Source of the DNA: Candidatus Moraniibacteriota bacterium | Lineage (GTDB): Bacteria; Patescibacteriota; Minisyncoccia; Moranbacterales; UBA9337 | Assembly: GCA_029865125.1 (NCBI GenBank) | Contig: JAOUHN010000001.1 | Span: 1,360 to 65,359, forward strand | DNA length: 64,000 bases | Reading direction: 5' to 3' | Shown: positions 39,760-51,173 of the stretch, one piece after another | How the letters are laid out: the number at the start of each line of letters is the position of its first letter | Position numbering within the stretch: position 1 is the first letter of the stretch | The notes under the pieces: generated by a model | Told to the model about the DNA's origin: nothing | The model's database searches: none | Seen by the model: only the letters and a program-made list of their open reading frames with translations | Made by a program: the position numbers and the translations under genes

Positions 39760-40725
39760 TTATCTCTGGGCATCTTTCTTATTTATTGGAAAAGAAAAGC
39801 AAAACAAACTTCCCACATGTTCAATTGACTTGAACCACATATCACCACCAGATTGATCGATTGTATTTTTAGCAATATATAACCCCAATCCAGTTCCTGA
39901 TGTTCGAAGCTTCACTGCATTCTCACTTCTAAAAAACTTTTCAAAAATGTTATCCTGCTGATCTTCTGGGATTCCTACTCCATTATCCTTCACGCAGCAA
40001 ACAACTTTATTTTTTTCTTTTCTCAAAGTCACCTCAACAAAGCCGTCTCGATCCGCATATTTAATCGCATTGGAAATTAAATTTTCAATTACAATTGCAA
40101 TTCTTCTCTTATCTCCCGTAATAGACGGAATTTCTTTGTCAATAATCACATTTATCTTAGCCCCGAATTTTTTGGCCAAATCCTTATTATTCGCAACTAC
40201 CTCTTCAACAAGCTTATCTAATTCTATTTTTTCATTTGCCAAAAAAAGGTTTCCTTGATCAATTCGAGCAACATCCAGCAGGTCTTTCACAAGTCGACTC
40301 ATTTCATCATTAGCAGAAACAATCCTGCTAATAATCTTTTCTTGTTCCTCATTCAATCCCTCTCTGTGCTTGAGAAGCAACAACTCAGCTGCCCAACTCA
40401 CTTTGGAAAGTGGAGTTTTCAATTGATGAGAAGCAATGGAAACAAATTCTGACTTCATCTTATTTGCCTGCGCTACCACTTCAAAATTTCGAATAACCAC
40501 ACTACCTAGAGCAAAAATAATCGCAACTGTCAAAGCTTCCGTAACCACTAGTGTTTCTACGGATCTATTGTCTCGAAGAAGATAATATAAAATCAACATT
40601 GAAGAAATACTCACCACTCCCATCATGATAAACATGAGGCTCGGAGCTTGCCAAACGCTTACTCCAAGATTTTCTGCCTGCTTTTTTATATTAAACTCAT
40701 TTGCAAGTCTTCGTGCTAATTTCAT
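39760..40725 (-). CDS. Membrane sensor histidine kinase
   Basis: H-box SHQLKTPLS, N-box, G-boxes DNGVGIP and GTGLGLYIAK; two N-terminal TM helices. Confidence 0.85.
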   Translation of the reverse strand: MKLARRLANEFNIKKQAENLGVSVWQAPSLMFIMMGVVSISSMLILYYLLRDNRSVETLVVTEALTVAIIFALGSVVIRNFEVVAQANKMKSEFVSIASHQLKTPLSKVSWAAELLLLKHREGLNEEQEKIISRIVSANDEMSRLVKDLLDVARIDQGNLFLANEKIELDKLVEEVVANNKDLAKKFGAKINVIIDKEIPSITGDKRRIAIVIENLISNAIKYADRDGFVEVTLRKEKNKVVCCVKDNGVGIPEDQQDNIFEKFFRSENAVKLRTSGTGLGLYIAKNTIDQSGGDMWFKSIEHVGSLFCFSFPINKKDAQR

Positions 40726-40894
40726 TTATTTTTGTTTTTATTTTTATCTCTCGCTAATATCACCCGTTCAATTTTTTCATGCTATGTTATGAAAATATTA
40801 TACCACAATTTTATTTAAAAACATAACACAAAAAAATCCCTTGCTAGCAAGCAAGGGATTTTTTGTTTTCCATTTTCTTTTTTAGATCTCAAGA

Positions 40895-42583
<1,689 letters not shown>

Positions 42584-42588
42584 TTACT

Positions 42589-42615
42589 TTAGCACTCTTG
42601 CTTTCCAAGTGCTAA
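42589..42615 (-). promoter_or_regulatory. CIRCE element (HrcA operator), TTAGCACTT-N9-GAGTGCTAA on the groEL strand
   Basis: Reverse strand reads TTAGCACTT GGAAAGCAA GAGTGCTAA, 38 nt upstream of the groEL start. Confidence 0.85.
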
Positions 42616-42660
42616 TTCATATTATTAAATTTTATTTTTCTCGTCAAGAAGGCTCTGGAA

Positions 42661-42692
42661 ACATGAAGCATAGAGCATAAAACATGGAACAC
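42661..42692. repeat. Heptanucleotide array (reverse orientation)
   Basis: ACATGAAGCATAGAGCATAAAACATGGAACAC. Confidence 0.55.
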
Positions 42693-42744
42693 AAATCAAA
42701 ACTCATCAGTTAGCTTACACGTACGTGCTGCATATCCTATACTA

Positions 42745-42753
42745 CCCCCCCCC
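42745..42753. repeat. C9 homopolymer tract
   Basis: Nine consecutive C in an AT-rich intergenic region. Confidence 0.9.
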
Positions 42754-42773
42754 AATCAACTTTGCAGACCTCA

Positions 42774-42860
42774 ATAACTTTACGGACTTTATGGACTTTA
42801 CGGACTTTATGGACTTTACGGACTTTACGGACTTCCAGGACTTTATGGACCTTACGAACC
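42774..42860. repeat. 9-bp tandem repeat (ACTTTAYGG), about 9 units
   Basis: actttacgg actttatgg actttacgg actttatgg actttacgg actttacgg acttccagg actttatgg accttacga. Confidence 0.9.
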
Positions 42861-42863
42861 CTA

Positions 42864-43916
42864 TTATTGTCCCACTCTAAATTCAATAACGTCTCCATCT
42901 GCAACAACATAGTCCTTTCCGACTGACTTCAATTTTCCAACCTCTTTTGCTTTTGATCGAGAACCGGCTTTCATTAAATCATCAAAAGAGACCACTTCTG
43001 CACAAATAAACTTATCTTTAAAATCATTGTGAATTGCAGTCCCGGCTTCTGGAGCGGTCCATCCTTTTTTGATTGTCCATGCTCTTGTTTCCATTTTTCC
43101 TGTAGTAAGAAAAGTGATGAGTCCCAAAAGCTCATAAGACTTAACGATCAAATTATCCATATTTGAACTCAATCCCAACTCTTCCTTCTCTTCGTGAGTC
43201 ATCTCATCCAATTCTTCTTCCAGTTTAATATCCAGCTTCACATGCGGTCTGTTTTCTAGCTCATCTCCGAGCTTTATATCAATATCAGAAACATTATAAA
43301 CATACAAAAACGGCTTTATTGTGAGAAGCGCCAATTCTCTCACTGCAATTTTTGTAAATTCATCTTTCATGTTTAATTCGGCTTTATTTGCCAACTTTCC
43401 AGTTTCAAGCACAGCCTTTATTCCCTTGGTCACTTCCAATTTTGCATTCGCTTCTTTGTCCCCAGTCTTTGCTTCTCTTTCAAGCCTTTCAATTCTCTTG
43501 TTGACTGTTTCAAGATCAGCCAAAATGAGCTCTGTGTTGATCACATCAATGTCATCCACCGGATCAATTTTGTTGTGAACATGTATGATATTTGGATTTT
43601 CAAAAACACGCACAACTTCAACAATTGCGTCAACTTCGCGGATGTTAGCCAAAAACTTATTTCCAAGACCTTCTCCTTCAGAGGCCCCTTTCACAAGTCC
43701 TGCAATGTCCACAAATTCAACAATAGCCGGCACAAGCTTTTCACTCCCAGACATCGCTGAAAGCTTAGCCAATCTTTCATCTGGAACCTCAACAACGCCT
43801 ACATTTGGTTCAATGGTGCAAAAAGGATAATTATTAATATCAACAGCTTTTTTGGTCAAAACCTTAAACAGCGTAGACTTTCCAACATTTGGAAGTCCAA
43901 CAATTCCAATTTTCAT
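42864..43916 (-). CDS. ychF: Ribosome-binding ATPase YchF (Obg-family GTPase with C-terminal TGS domain)
   Basis: G1 [15 protein letters not shown]4 NKID, and the C-terminal TGS/MoaD-like ...[15 protein letters not shown] at 43916. Confidence 0.9.
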   Translation of the reverse strand: MKIGIVGLPNVGKSTLFKVLTKKAVDINNYPFCTIEPNVGVVEVPDERLAKLSAMSGSEKLVPAIVEFVDIAGLVKGASEGEGLGNKFLANIREVDAIVEVVRVFENPNIIHVHNKIDPVDDIDVINTELILADLETVNKRIERLEREAKTGDKEANAKLEVTKGIKAVLETGKLANKAELNMKDEFTKIAVRELALLTIKPFLYVYNVSDIDIKLGDELENRPHVKLDIKLEEELDEMTHEEKEELGLSSNMDNLIVKSYELLGLITFLTTGKMETRAWTIKKGWTAPEAGTAIHNDFKDKFICAEVVSFDDLMKAGSRSKAKEVGKLKSVGKDYVVADGDVIEFRVGQ

Positions 43917-44002
43917 ATATATCAAATTTAAAATTTAAAATTCTCAATTTAAAATCAATTTTCAAATTCTCTAATTTTCAATTGATCATTATTGAGGATC
44001 TC

Positions 44003-44662
44003 CTATATTAAATGCATTATAACCTCTTCAAAATCATTTGCTACTGCGTCAGCGTGCCGAACTACTTTGTCTCGTCGCACATTCTCAGTGAAAGCAATGA
44101 ATTTTTCAACACTTGCGCATTCTTTTGTTTGACAATCAGTCCATCCATCACCTACCATAACAGCTTTCTGATCCAATTCTAATTCATTAATTTGTTTGAT
44201 CTTGCCACCTTCTTGAGACATAAAATTGTCTTTGTTAACGCCACACACACAGTCATTCTCATCAAAAACAAACTCGTTAGCCAAAATATTTTCTCTCGCA
44301 ATTCCCAGTTTTTCTGCAGTTGGGACAATCAAATCAACAAATCCTCCTGAGATAATGTAAATCTTACCCGCATTCTCTCTAAAAAAATCCGCGTTTCGGA
44401 TCACAGAATCAGAAATATTGTCCAAGATATGCTGCGCAGCCTCAGAAATAATGCGCTTGTCAGCACTGACAAGCTGAATCCTTCTTTCCAGTGACTCCGA
44501 AAAAGAAATTGCCCCTTCCATTCCGAGATTCGTAAGCTCAATAATCTCCTTCACCTTCCTGTCTTTCTCAGCGTCTCCCTCCAAAGCCTTCTTTGCAAGC
44601 TCATCTAAGCCCTCCACTTTGGAAATAGTGCTATCAAAATCTAAAATCAAATACTTCTCCAT
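44003..44662 (-). CDS. HAD-superfamily phosphatase (phosphoserine-phosphatase-like)
   Basis: Motif I LILDFDSTI (DxDxT), motif II, and motif IV VGDGWTD. 219 aa. Confidence 0.7.
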   Translation of the reverse strand: MEKYLILDFDSTISKVEGLDELAKKALEGDAEKDRKVKEIIELTNLGMEGAISFSESLERRIQLVSADKRIISEAAQHILDNISDSVIRNADFFRENAGKIYIISGGFVDLIVPTAEKLGIARENILANEFVFDENDCVCGVNKDNFMSQEGGKIKQINELELDQKAVMVGDGWTDCQTKECASVEKFIAFTENVRRDKVVRHADAVANDFEEVIMHLI

Positions 44663-44671
44663 ATACTTTCT

Positions 44672-44727
44672 TTTTCTTCCCCTCTTTCACTCAAGGGAAA
44701 TCCGCCAACTGACGGAGAGGAGGGGTT
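44672..44727. repeat. GC-rich hairpin (CCCCTC...GAGGAGGGG)
   Basis: Same CCCTCC/GGAGGG family as the hairpins flanking DUF559. Confidence 0.5.
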
Positions 44728-44898
44728 TTATTTTACATTCCTATCTCAAATCACAAATCTCATCTCTCAAATCTTATTGTTACTTGTAAAAAAGGAAATG
44801 TCAATGTAAGATACTAATTGCAAGTAAAAAGTAATATTTGATTTTCTATTTTTAATTGAAAAAATTTAGACATCGAAAATTGACTCTTAAATTTTAAA

Positions 44899-45177
44899 TT
44901 GAAAATTGAAAATTTTACGCTTATGTTAGACAAAATGAAACAACTGTATCAAATGAAAAAAATGCTTGAAGGTATCGCTTCAACAGAAGACTACAAAGGA
45001 GTGAAGGTAACCGTCAATGGTTCCATGAAAGTTTTGAGCGTTGAAATCAGTGACCAAGCCCGAGAAAGTCAGGATTTGGAAAAAAACATCGTCAAATCAA
45101 TCAACAACGCGATGAAGAACGTTCAGAAGAAGATGCAAAAGGAAATGAAAGCCGGAAATCTAGAAATGCCGTTTTAA
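44899..45177 (+). CDS. ybaB: Nucleoid-associated protein YbaB/EbfC family
   Basis: MKQLYQMKKMLEGIASTEDYKGVKVTVNGSMKVLSVEISDQA...; 92 aa. The start may be the internal MLDKMKQ. Confidence 0.75.
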   Translation: MKIENFTLMLDKMKQLYQMKKMLEGIASTEDYKGVKVTVNGSMKVLSVEISDQARESQDLEKNIVKSINNAMKNVQKKMQKEMKAGNLEMPF

Positions 45178-45225
45178 GACTAGCAATCAGTAATTCATAA
45201 CTGGTAACTAGAAATTGAAATAAAA

Positions 45226-45262
45226 AAAATAGAGCGTTTGCTGCAGTAGTACAGCAAACGCT
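45226..45262 (+). terminator. Terminator hairpin (AGAGCGTTTGCTG-N-CAGCAAACGCTCT)
   Basis: A 13-bp stem followed by TTTAATAT. Confidence 0.6.
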
Positions 45263-45287
45263 CTTTAATATATCCTTCAACCTCCCG

Positions 45288-45350
45288 TTGCTTGTCATCC
45301 TGAACTTGGTTCAGGATCCCGTAATACTAGCACGCACTCAGTTTTACTTC
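45288..45350. repeat. REP-like dispersed element, copy B
   Basis: CTTGTCATCCTGAACTTGGTTCAGGATCCCGTAATACTAGCACGCACTCAG. Confidence 0.85.
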
Positions 45351-45489
45351 TAAATTCTCACCTTCTAATTCCCATTCCCAAATTCGCATATTCATGAATT
45401 CTCAGCTTCCTCGCGCGTACTAATTTGGCAATAATGCACAAAAAGTATAGAATACATATGCTTAAGAAATAAACATTTATCAAAAAACT

Positions 45490-46842
45490 ATGCTAGACAC
45501 AATTTTCAAAGCCTACGACGTTCGAGGAATCTATCCGGAACAAATCAATGAAGACATCGCCTATAAGATTGGACGTGCTTTTGTTCGCTTTTTGGGGGCC
45601 AAAAAGGTGGTGATTGGATGCGACATCCGAGAATCCAGCCCAGCCCTTTTTGAAAAATTGCAACAAGGAATCGTTGACGAAGGTGCGGATGTATATGACC
45701 TAGACCTTGTGACCACTCCAATGCTGTACTACGCATCTGGAAAACTAGACGTGGACGGAGGAATCATTCTCACCGCTTCTCACAACCCAGGGGAATACAA
45801 TGGAATGAAGTTTTGCAGAGCTGAGGCTGTTCCAATCGGAGAAAACAGTGGGCTTTTGGACATCAAAGAAATTGTTGCCAACGGAAAATTTCCGGAACCT
45901 ACTGAAAGAGGAACGATCATCAAAAAAGATATCAAAGATGAATTCATTGACTATCTTGCCTCTTTCATGAACATTGGGGACAAAAAATTCAAGGTTGTGG
46001 CTGATTTTGCCAACGCCATGAGTATTCTCGAAATCGGACTATACAAAAAATTTGAAAAAAACATTGAACTTATCACTCTTTTTGACGAATTTGACAGCAC
46101 TTTCCCAAATCATGAGGCCAACCCGCTCAAAACAGAAACATTAAAAGACCTTCAAGCAGTAGTGTCTTCTCAAAAAGCTGACATCGGAATCGCCTATGAC
46201 GGAGACGGAGACAGAGCTGGGTTTGTGGATGAAAAAGGAGAAGTTATTTCTATGGATCTCACAACAGCTCTAATCGCAAAGGTGATTCTTGAAAAACACC
46301 CTGGAGCAAAAATCCTATATGATCTTCGCTCCTCAATGTCTGTGAAGGAAGTAATTGAAGAAAACGGAGGAGTTGCTGGAGAATGTCGTGTTGGTCACGC
46401 TCTTATCAAAAAACAAATGCTCGAAGAAAATGCAATTTTTGCTGGAGAATTGTCAGGACACTACTATTTCCAAGAAAACTTCCGCGCAGAAGCAGGGTCA
46501 TTGCCAATGGTGTATCTTTTGAATCTCATGGCTGAAACAGGAAAATCTATTTCTGAATTAGTTGCCGACGTGAAAAGATACTATCACAGCGGAGAAATTA
46601 ACAGCGAGGTCAAAGACAAGGACGCGATTATTGCCACTTTAAAGGAAAAATATGCCGCTGGAGAAATCACAGAGCTCGATGGAGTGAAAATCAGTTTCTG
46701 GAGCAACAAACAAGGAGAACGCTGGTGGCTCAATGTTCGCCCTTCCAACACAGAACCCGTTCTCAGACTCAATCTTGAAGCTGACAACCAGGAACTAATG
46801 GAACAAAAAAGAGACGAGATCTTGGCAATCATCAGAGGATAA
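45490..46842 (+). CDS. Phosphomannomutase/phosphoglucomutase (alpha-D-phosphohexomutase family)
   Basis: Active site TASHNPGEYNGMKF and metal-binding DGDGDR. 450 aa. Confidence 0.9.
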   Translation: MLDTIFKAYDVRGIYPEQINEDIAYKIGRAFVRFLGAKKVVIGCDIRESSPALFEKLQQGIVDEGADVYDLDLVTTPMLYYASGKLDVDGGIILTASHNPGEYNGMKFCRAEAVPIGENSGLLDIKEIVANGKFPEPTERGTIIKKDIKDEFIDYLASFMNIGDKKFKVVADFANAMSILEIGLYKKFEKNIELITLFDEFDSTFPNHEANPLKTETLKDLQAVVSSQKADIGIAYDGDGDRAGFVDEKGEVISMDLTTALIAKVILEKHPGAKILYDLRSSMSVKEVIEENGGVAGECRVGHALIKKQMLEENAIFAGELSGHYYFQENFRAEAGSLPMVYLLNLMAETGKSISELVADVKRYYHSGEINSEVKDKDAIIATLKEKYAAGEITELDGVKISFWSNKQGERWWLNVRPSNTEPVLRLNLEADNQELMEQKRDEILAIIRG

Positions 46843-46858
46843 CAAAAAAATATTTAAC

Positions 46859-46890
46859 AAAGCCTGCAATTGCAGGCTTTTTAATTTGAC
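46859..46890 (+). terminator. Terminator (AAGCCTGCAATTGCAGGCTT plus T5)
   Basis: Perfect palindrome followed by a T-run. Confidence 0.7.
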
Positions 46891-46969
46891 AAAAATCTAA
46901 TCTCATACAACAATTAAGTACCAGAAAAACAGCTCTTTATTCGCTAATCTCAACGAAAGCGAGGGTATC

Positions 46970-47215
46970 ATGTTTAAAATTCATCTTTGTCATGTACCTA
47001 CTGGAATTGGCATTATTGCAAAGCAAAAAAATATCAATGAAAATACTGTTCCCTCCGTTATCCTTGGATTTATCGATCATTTCAGGCAAAGCTTTCCTGG
47101 CGCAACAATACGTCCAGAGGAAGTAGTTGTCATGGTTCCGCAGCAGAAACCCCCGCCATTGCCAGCGCTCAACACTAAGCCTTTGCCACACAGTTGGATG
47201 ACTTTGTCACACTAA
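46970..47215 (+). CDS. Hypothetical small protein on a higher-GC patch
   Basis: SD-like GAGGG lies 5 nt before the ATG. Pro-rich with no homology. An alternative ORF is on the opposite strand. Confidence 0.3.
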   Translation: MFKIHLCHVPTGIGIIAKQKNINENTVPSVILGFIDHFRQSFPGATIRPEEVVVMVPQQKPPPLPALNTKPLPHSWMTLSH

Positions 47216-47304
47216 TCAAAGCTCCAACAACCAGCGATTCCCTTCATCTCACCTGAAGGCTGAATCGCTGTTTTTTTACCTACAAACTCACATCCACCAA
47301 AAAA

Positions 47305-47352
47305 CACTGTCATCCTGAATTTAGTTCAGGATCCCCAAATACTAGCACCCAA
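47305..47352. repeat. REP-like dispersed element, copy C
   Basis: CACTGTCATCCTGAATTTAGTTCAGGATCCCCAAATACTAGCACCC. Confidence 0.85.
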
Positions 47353-47420
47353 TTCTATTATCTTCCATTTCTCACCTCTCCTGTCTCAAATCTATCTTCT
47401 CATTCGTAATTCGTATATAT

Positions 47421-47475
47421 AAAAAAAGCCCGGCCAGTAGTCCTCAACTACCAACCGGGTCTAAAATTTTTTGGA
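47421..47475 (-). terminator. Terminator for fabZ (GC hairpin plus T-run on the minus strand)
   Basis: Reverse strand: GACCCGGTTGGTAGTTGAGGACTACTGGCCGGGC plus T7. Confidence 0.55.
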
Positions 47476-47488
47476 AAAATGCAAAAAC

Positions 47489-47947
47489 TCAGCCAAAAAC
47501 CTGATCAACGTTCACAAAGGATCCCGAAAATTTTGCACTGGCAATCAATTTGTCGTCCACATAAGCTTTTCCGGACAAAAAATACTTGCCCATTTTTACT
47601 TTTTCGATTTTCACCTCATACACAATGCGATCCCCGGGTTTCACCATTCCCTTAAAACGTGAGTCGCTCACCCCACTAAGAATTGGCAGCTTTTGACCCA
47701 CTTGACTGGGATTATGAAGGTAATAAAGCAACGCGCTTGTTTGCGCCATTCCTTCCACAGTCCACAACCCTGGAAAAATAGGATGTCCGGGAAAATGGCC
47801 CTGAACCAACGGTTCGTTTACGGACACATTTTTTTCTGCCCTGATGAACTCGTCATTAAACTCAATCACTTTCTCGACAAGCAAAATCGGGGGTTTATGC
47901 GGAAGAGTTGATAAAATCTCCTGAATTCCAATTGTTTTCTTTGACAT
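47489..47947 (-). CDS. fabZ: 3-hydroxyacyl-ACP dehydratase FabZ
   Basis: LPHKPPILLVEKV...NEPLVQGHFPGHPIFPG (hot-dog fold, catalytic His). Start at 47947 with the RBS GAGGTGA; the ORF-track ORF extends to 48016. Confidence 0.9.
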   Translation of the reverse strand: MSKKTIGIQEILSTLPHKPPILLVEKVIEFNDEFIRAEKNVSVNEPLVQGHFPGHPIFPGLWTVEGMAQTSALLYYLHNPSQVGQKLPILSGVSDSRFKGMVKPGDRIVYEVKIEKVKMGKYFLSGKAYVDDKLIASAKFSGSFVNVDQVFG

Positions 47948-48093
47948 TATATCACCTCGCAAAAAGATTAATCTAAAAATCGAATAGTCCCACTTGCTCG
48001 CAAGCCATTGCGACACAAATTACCAAAAATACGATAGTGCCAATCATGCTGGCGTTTTTTAGTATCCAATTCACGATGATCCTCCTTTTATGG

Positions 48094-48252
48094 TTAAAGT
48101 TGTCCAAACCAGGCAACTATACTGTACAGGAATTCTTTTACGGCCTTGAAAAAACCCAGGCGATAAAACAAATCTGTTAATCCAGCCCAAAAAAGAGCTG
48201 TGAACACCAAAACGCCTATTCTTCCCAAACGTTTTTCTTTATTCGGCTCCAT
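48094..48252 (-). CDS. Small membrane protein on a high-GC patch
   Basis: MEPNKEKRLGRIGVLVFTALFWAGLTDLFY...; roughly 50% GC. Confidence 0.35.
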   Translation of the reverse strand: MEPNKEKRLGRIGVLVFTALFWAGLTDLFYRLGFFKAVKEFLYSIVAWFGQL

Positions 48253-48631
48253 TTGCGCCTCCCTTGTCCGAATTGAAAAAAACATACCCACCCCAATACC
48301 GTCGGGGCTTTTGGTTGCTCTTCGATTGCTTGACTTCAACGATCAATTCGTTGACGTCGATGACCTTCCATCCATCCGCATTGCGTTCTCCAAATTCATA
48401 TTGAACATACCCCAGCATAGCCAGGATGCAACAAAAAGCGAGAATTTGCCATGTCCGTATCCCTTCGTCGGTGAACTCAAATAGTCTGTGTGTAACCGCG
48501 ACCAATAAAATCGCAATCGCAACTACGCCTATCCAGATCCAACCAGGGATCATGAAAAGCTTAAACAAGCCCATACCGCAATACAGGGCCACCAACAAAA
48601 GAATTCCTCCTCCAATCAGATACTTTTTCAT
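48239..48631 (-). CDS. Membrane protein (three TM helices) on a high-GC patch
   Basis: 130 aa. Composition is atypical for the window. Confidence 0.45.
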   Translation of the reverse strand: MKKYLIGGGILLLVALYCGMGLFKLFMIPGWIWIGVVAIAILLVAVTHRLFEFTDEGIRTWQILAFCCILAMLGYVQYEFGERNADGWKVIDVNELIVEVKQSKSNQKPRRYWGGYVFFNSDKGGANGAE

Positions 48632-48658
48632 CGTCTGCTCCTTTCTTGAAAAAATTAA

Positions 48659-49645
48659 CTATTGTAGAAATCCCACCTTATTTTTCACCTCATCCATCTT
48701 GTTTTTCGCAATGGATGAAACTTTTTTTGCATTTTCCAAAAGAAGTTCAATGACTTCCTCATCTTTCAAAGAGCTATACTTTTCCTGAAATGGAATTATG
48801 AACTCTAAAACAGTTTCTGTCAATCCTTTTTTGAATTCTCCAAACCCTTTTCCTTCATATTCCGCGACAATTTCTTCTGGGCTTTTTCCTGAAAATGAAG
48901 AATATATGTTGATCAAGTTTTGAATCGCTGGCCTGTCGTCACTGTAGGTGATGTCTGACCCACTGTCAGTGACCGCTCTTTTGATTTTTTTCTCAACAAT
49001 TTCCGGCGAATCCAAGAGCGAGATGTAGTTCATTTCAGAAGTTGCAGATTTGCTCATTTTCTTGGCTGGATCATCAAGCCCCATCACTCGCATTGTTTCT
49101 TTCTTGAGATGACCCTTTGGAACCACAAAAGTGTCCCCAAACCGCTTGTTAAACCTTCTTGCAAGAGTTCTGGCAAGCTCAATGTGCTGCATTTGATCCT
49201 CTCCCACAGGCACCACCTCAGTGTCATACAACAAAATGTCTGCTGCCATGAGAACCGGATAATCAAAAAGTCCAACTCTTGCGCTCTCTAGCCCATCTTT
49301 CTGAGACTTATCCTTAAACTGGGTCATCTTCTCAAGCTCACTCATTCCCGTGATTGTGTTGAGAATCCATGCCAACTCAGCGTGCTCACTCACTTGCGAC
49401 TGGACATAGATTGTTGATTTTTTCGGGTCAATCCCCGCTGCCAAATACACCTTAGCCACTTCCAAAGTCTTTCTTCGAAGTTCTTCTGGATCTTGAGAAA
49501 CTGTGATTGCATGAAGGTCAACAATGCAAAAAATTGACTCGAACTCATCTTGAAGATCAACCCAATTCTTGATCGCACCCAAATAATTCCCAATATGCAC
49601 GTCTCCACTTGGCTGAACTCCTGAAAAAATCCTTTTTTTACTCAT
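48659..49645 (-). CDS. trpS: Tryptophanyl-tRNA synthetase
   Basis: HIGH motif FSGVQPSGDVHIGNYLGA and KMSKS motif KKMSKS. Start at 49645. Confidence 0.92.
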   Translation of the reverse strand: MSKKRIFSGVQPSGDVHIGNYLGAIKNWVDLQDEFESIFCIVDLHAITVSQDPEELRRKTLEVAKVYLAAGIDPKKSTIYVQSQVSEHAELAWILNTITGMSELEKMTQFKDKSQKDGLESARVGLFDYPVLMAADILLYDTEVVPVGEDQMQHIELARTLARRFNKRFGDTFVVPKGHLKKETMRVMGLDDPAKKMSKSATSEMNYISLLDSPEIVEKKIKRAVTDSGSDITYSDDRPAIQNLINIYSSFSGKSPEEIVAEYEGKGFGEFKKGLTETVLEFIIPFQEKYSSLKDEEVIELLLENAKKVSSIAKNKMDEVKNKVGFLQ

Positions 49646-50083
49646 AAATATACGAATTACGAATCCGCTACAAATATACAAATGTACGAATTACTAATTT
49701 AAAATTATTTTTTTCAATCTCTTTCTTTTCACAAAGAGTTTTTAAATAAAAATTTTCACAAAAAATCCCGAGGGAGAGATGATTTTCCCAAAAAATGCGT
49801 GAGTCAGCACAAGTGTTATACGTATGTAAACGGAGTGGAGCATTTTTTGTTAGAAAATCGCGCCCGCCCCGTCTTTCGCGAATGACAGGGCCCGAGCATT
49901 TTTTTGAAAAATTTTATTTAAAAACCCTACCATCATCCTACCTCAAACCACCCATCAAATCAACAGCGACAGCAGTCAAACCCTATCGACAAGCACTTTT
50001 GAATATGCTAATCTACATAAAGAAAGTATCGATTGCATATGAAAAAATAATTTACCAATCAAACATTAAAATTACAAAATAAG

Positions 50084-50743
50084 ATGAACATTCAATACTA
50101 CGGGCATTCTTGCTTCAAAATCACAACAAAACCAGAAGGACGCGGAGCTGAAGACATTTCTCTTTTCATTGATCCATTTGAAAAAGAAGTGGGACTAAAG
50201 CCACCACAAGGACAAGCTGACATTGTCCTCATCTCTCATGGACATTTTGATCACAACAATACCAGCTCATTGAAAGGAGAGCCTGTGATCATCAACACTC
50301 CTGGAGAATTTGCGGTCAAAGGATTGCACATTATTGGTCTCGATACATTTCATGACAAAAGCGAAGGAGCTGAAAGAGGGCGAAATACGGTTTTTATCAT
50401 TGAAACCGAGGATTTACGCATTTGTCACATGGGAGACATTGGAACAGAGCCGACTCCTGAGCAACTTGATGAAATCGGAGAAGTTGATGTTTTGATGATT
50501 CCTGTTGGAGGAACATTCACACTGGATGGGAAAGAAGCCATGAAACTTGTTCACAAAATTGAGCCCAAAACAGTGATCCCAATGCACTACAAAACAAAAG
50601 ACAGTAAAATATCCGACATTCAAGACGAAAAAGAATTCTGTGACGAAATGGGAAACTGTCCGAAAGAAAAAATAAACAAAATCACACTGAAAAAGAAAGA
50701 TTCGGAAGAAAAGGGTATGGAAATTGTTCTTATGACTGCCTAA
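50084..50743 (+). CDS. Metallo-beta-lactamase-fold hydrolase
   Basis: LISHGHFDH (HxHxDH), with downstream His and Asp ligands. 219 aa. Confidence 0.8.
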   Translation: MNIQYYGHSCFKITTKPEGRGAEDISLFIDPFEKEVGLKPPQGQADIVLISHGHFDHNNTSSLKGEPVIINTPGEFAVKGLHIIGLDTFHDKSEGAERGRNTVFIIETEDLRICHMGDIGTEPTPEQLDEIGEVDVLMIPVGGTFTLDGKEAMKLVHKIEPKTVIPMHYKTKDSKISDIQDEKEFCDEMGNCPKEKINKITLKKKDSEEKGMEIVLMTA

Positions 50744-50760
50744 AAACAATTTGAGAAAAA

Positions 50761-51045
50761 ATGGACATCAACAAAAAAATTGAAGAGATAAGACAAAAAC
50801 CAGAGCACGTTCGCATGCAATATGTTTTGTTTTGCGTAGGAGCGTCCATGCTCATTCTTTTTTCTTTCTGGTTATTTTCCTTAAAAAGCACTTTGTCCGG
50901 CGCATTCTCTGGGAATACTCAGAGTGAAGGCACATGCTCAGGTGGAGACAAAACGTGCTCCACTCCATCCAAATCACAAGATTCATCCGGTTCCTCAGAA
51001 AATATTCCCAAAAAATCCATAAATGACCTGATTATTCCAGAATAA
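50761..51045 (+). CDS. Small membrane-anchored hypothetical protein
   Basis: 94 aa with one TM helix and a Ser/Cys-rich tail. Confidence 0.4.
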   Translation: MDINKKIEEIRQKPEHVRMQYVLFCVGASMLILFSFWLFSLKSTLSGAFSGNTQSEGTCSGGDKTCSTPSKSQDSSGSSENIPKKSINDLIIPE

Positions 51046-51173
51046 AAAACAAAAATATATTCTTGAAAAATAATCGTGCACAGCAAGTGCACCGTTGTTT
51101 GTTTGTTTGTCTTTTTTTGCTATTCTCATAGCAAAAAAACATAAACAAATAAAAGTAAAGATTCAAAAAAAAT

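Noticed and set aside
42774-42860. CRISPR array
   Set aside because: The units are 9 bp, contiguous and without spacers. The heptamer arrays also lack spacers. No cas genes are present.
46937-47191. 84-aa minus-strand ORF
   Set aside because: It competes with the plus-strand ORF 46970-47215, which has an SD-like GAGGG. Neither is strongly supported; only the plus-strand one is listed, at low confidence.
49795-50082. 95-aa ORF in the trpS to MBL intergenic region
   Set aside because: It is a GC-rich noncoding-looking stretch with no RBS and a low-complexity translation, so it is more likely promoter or leader sequence.
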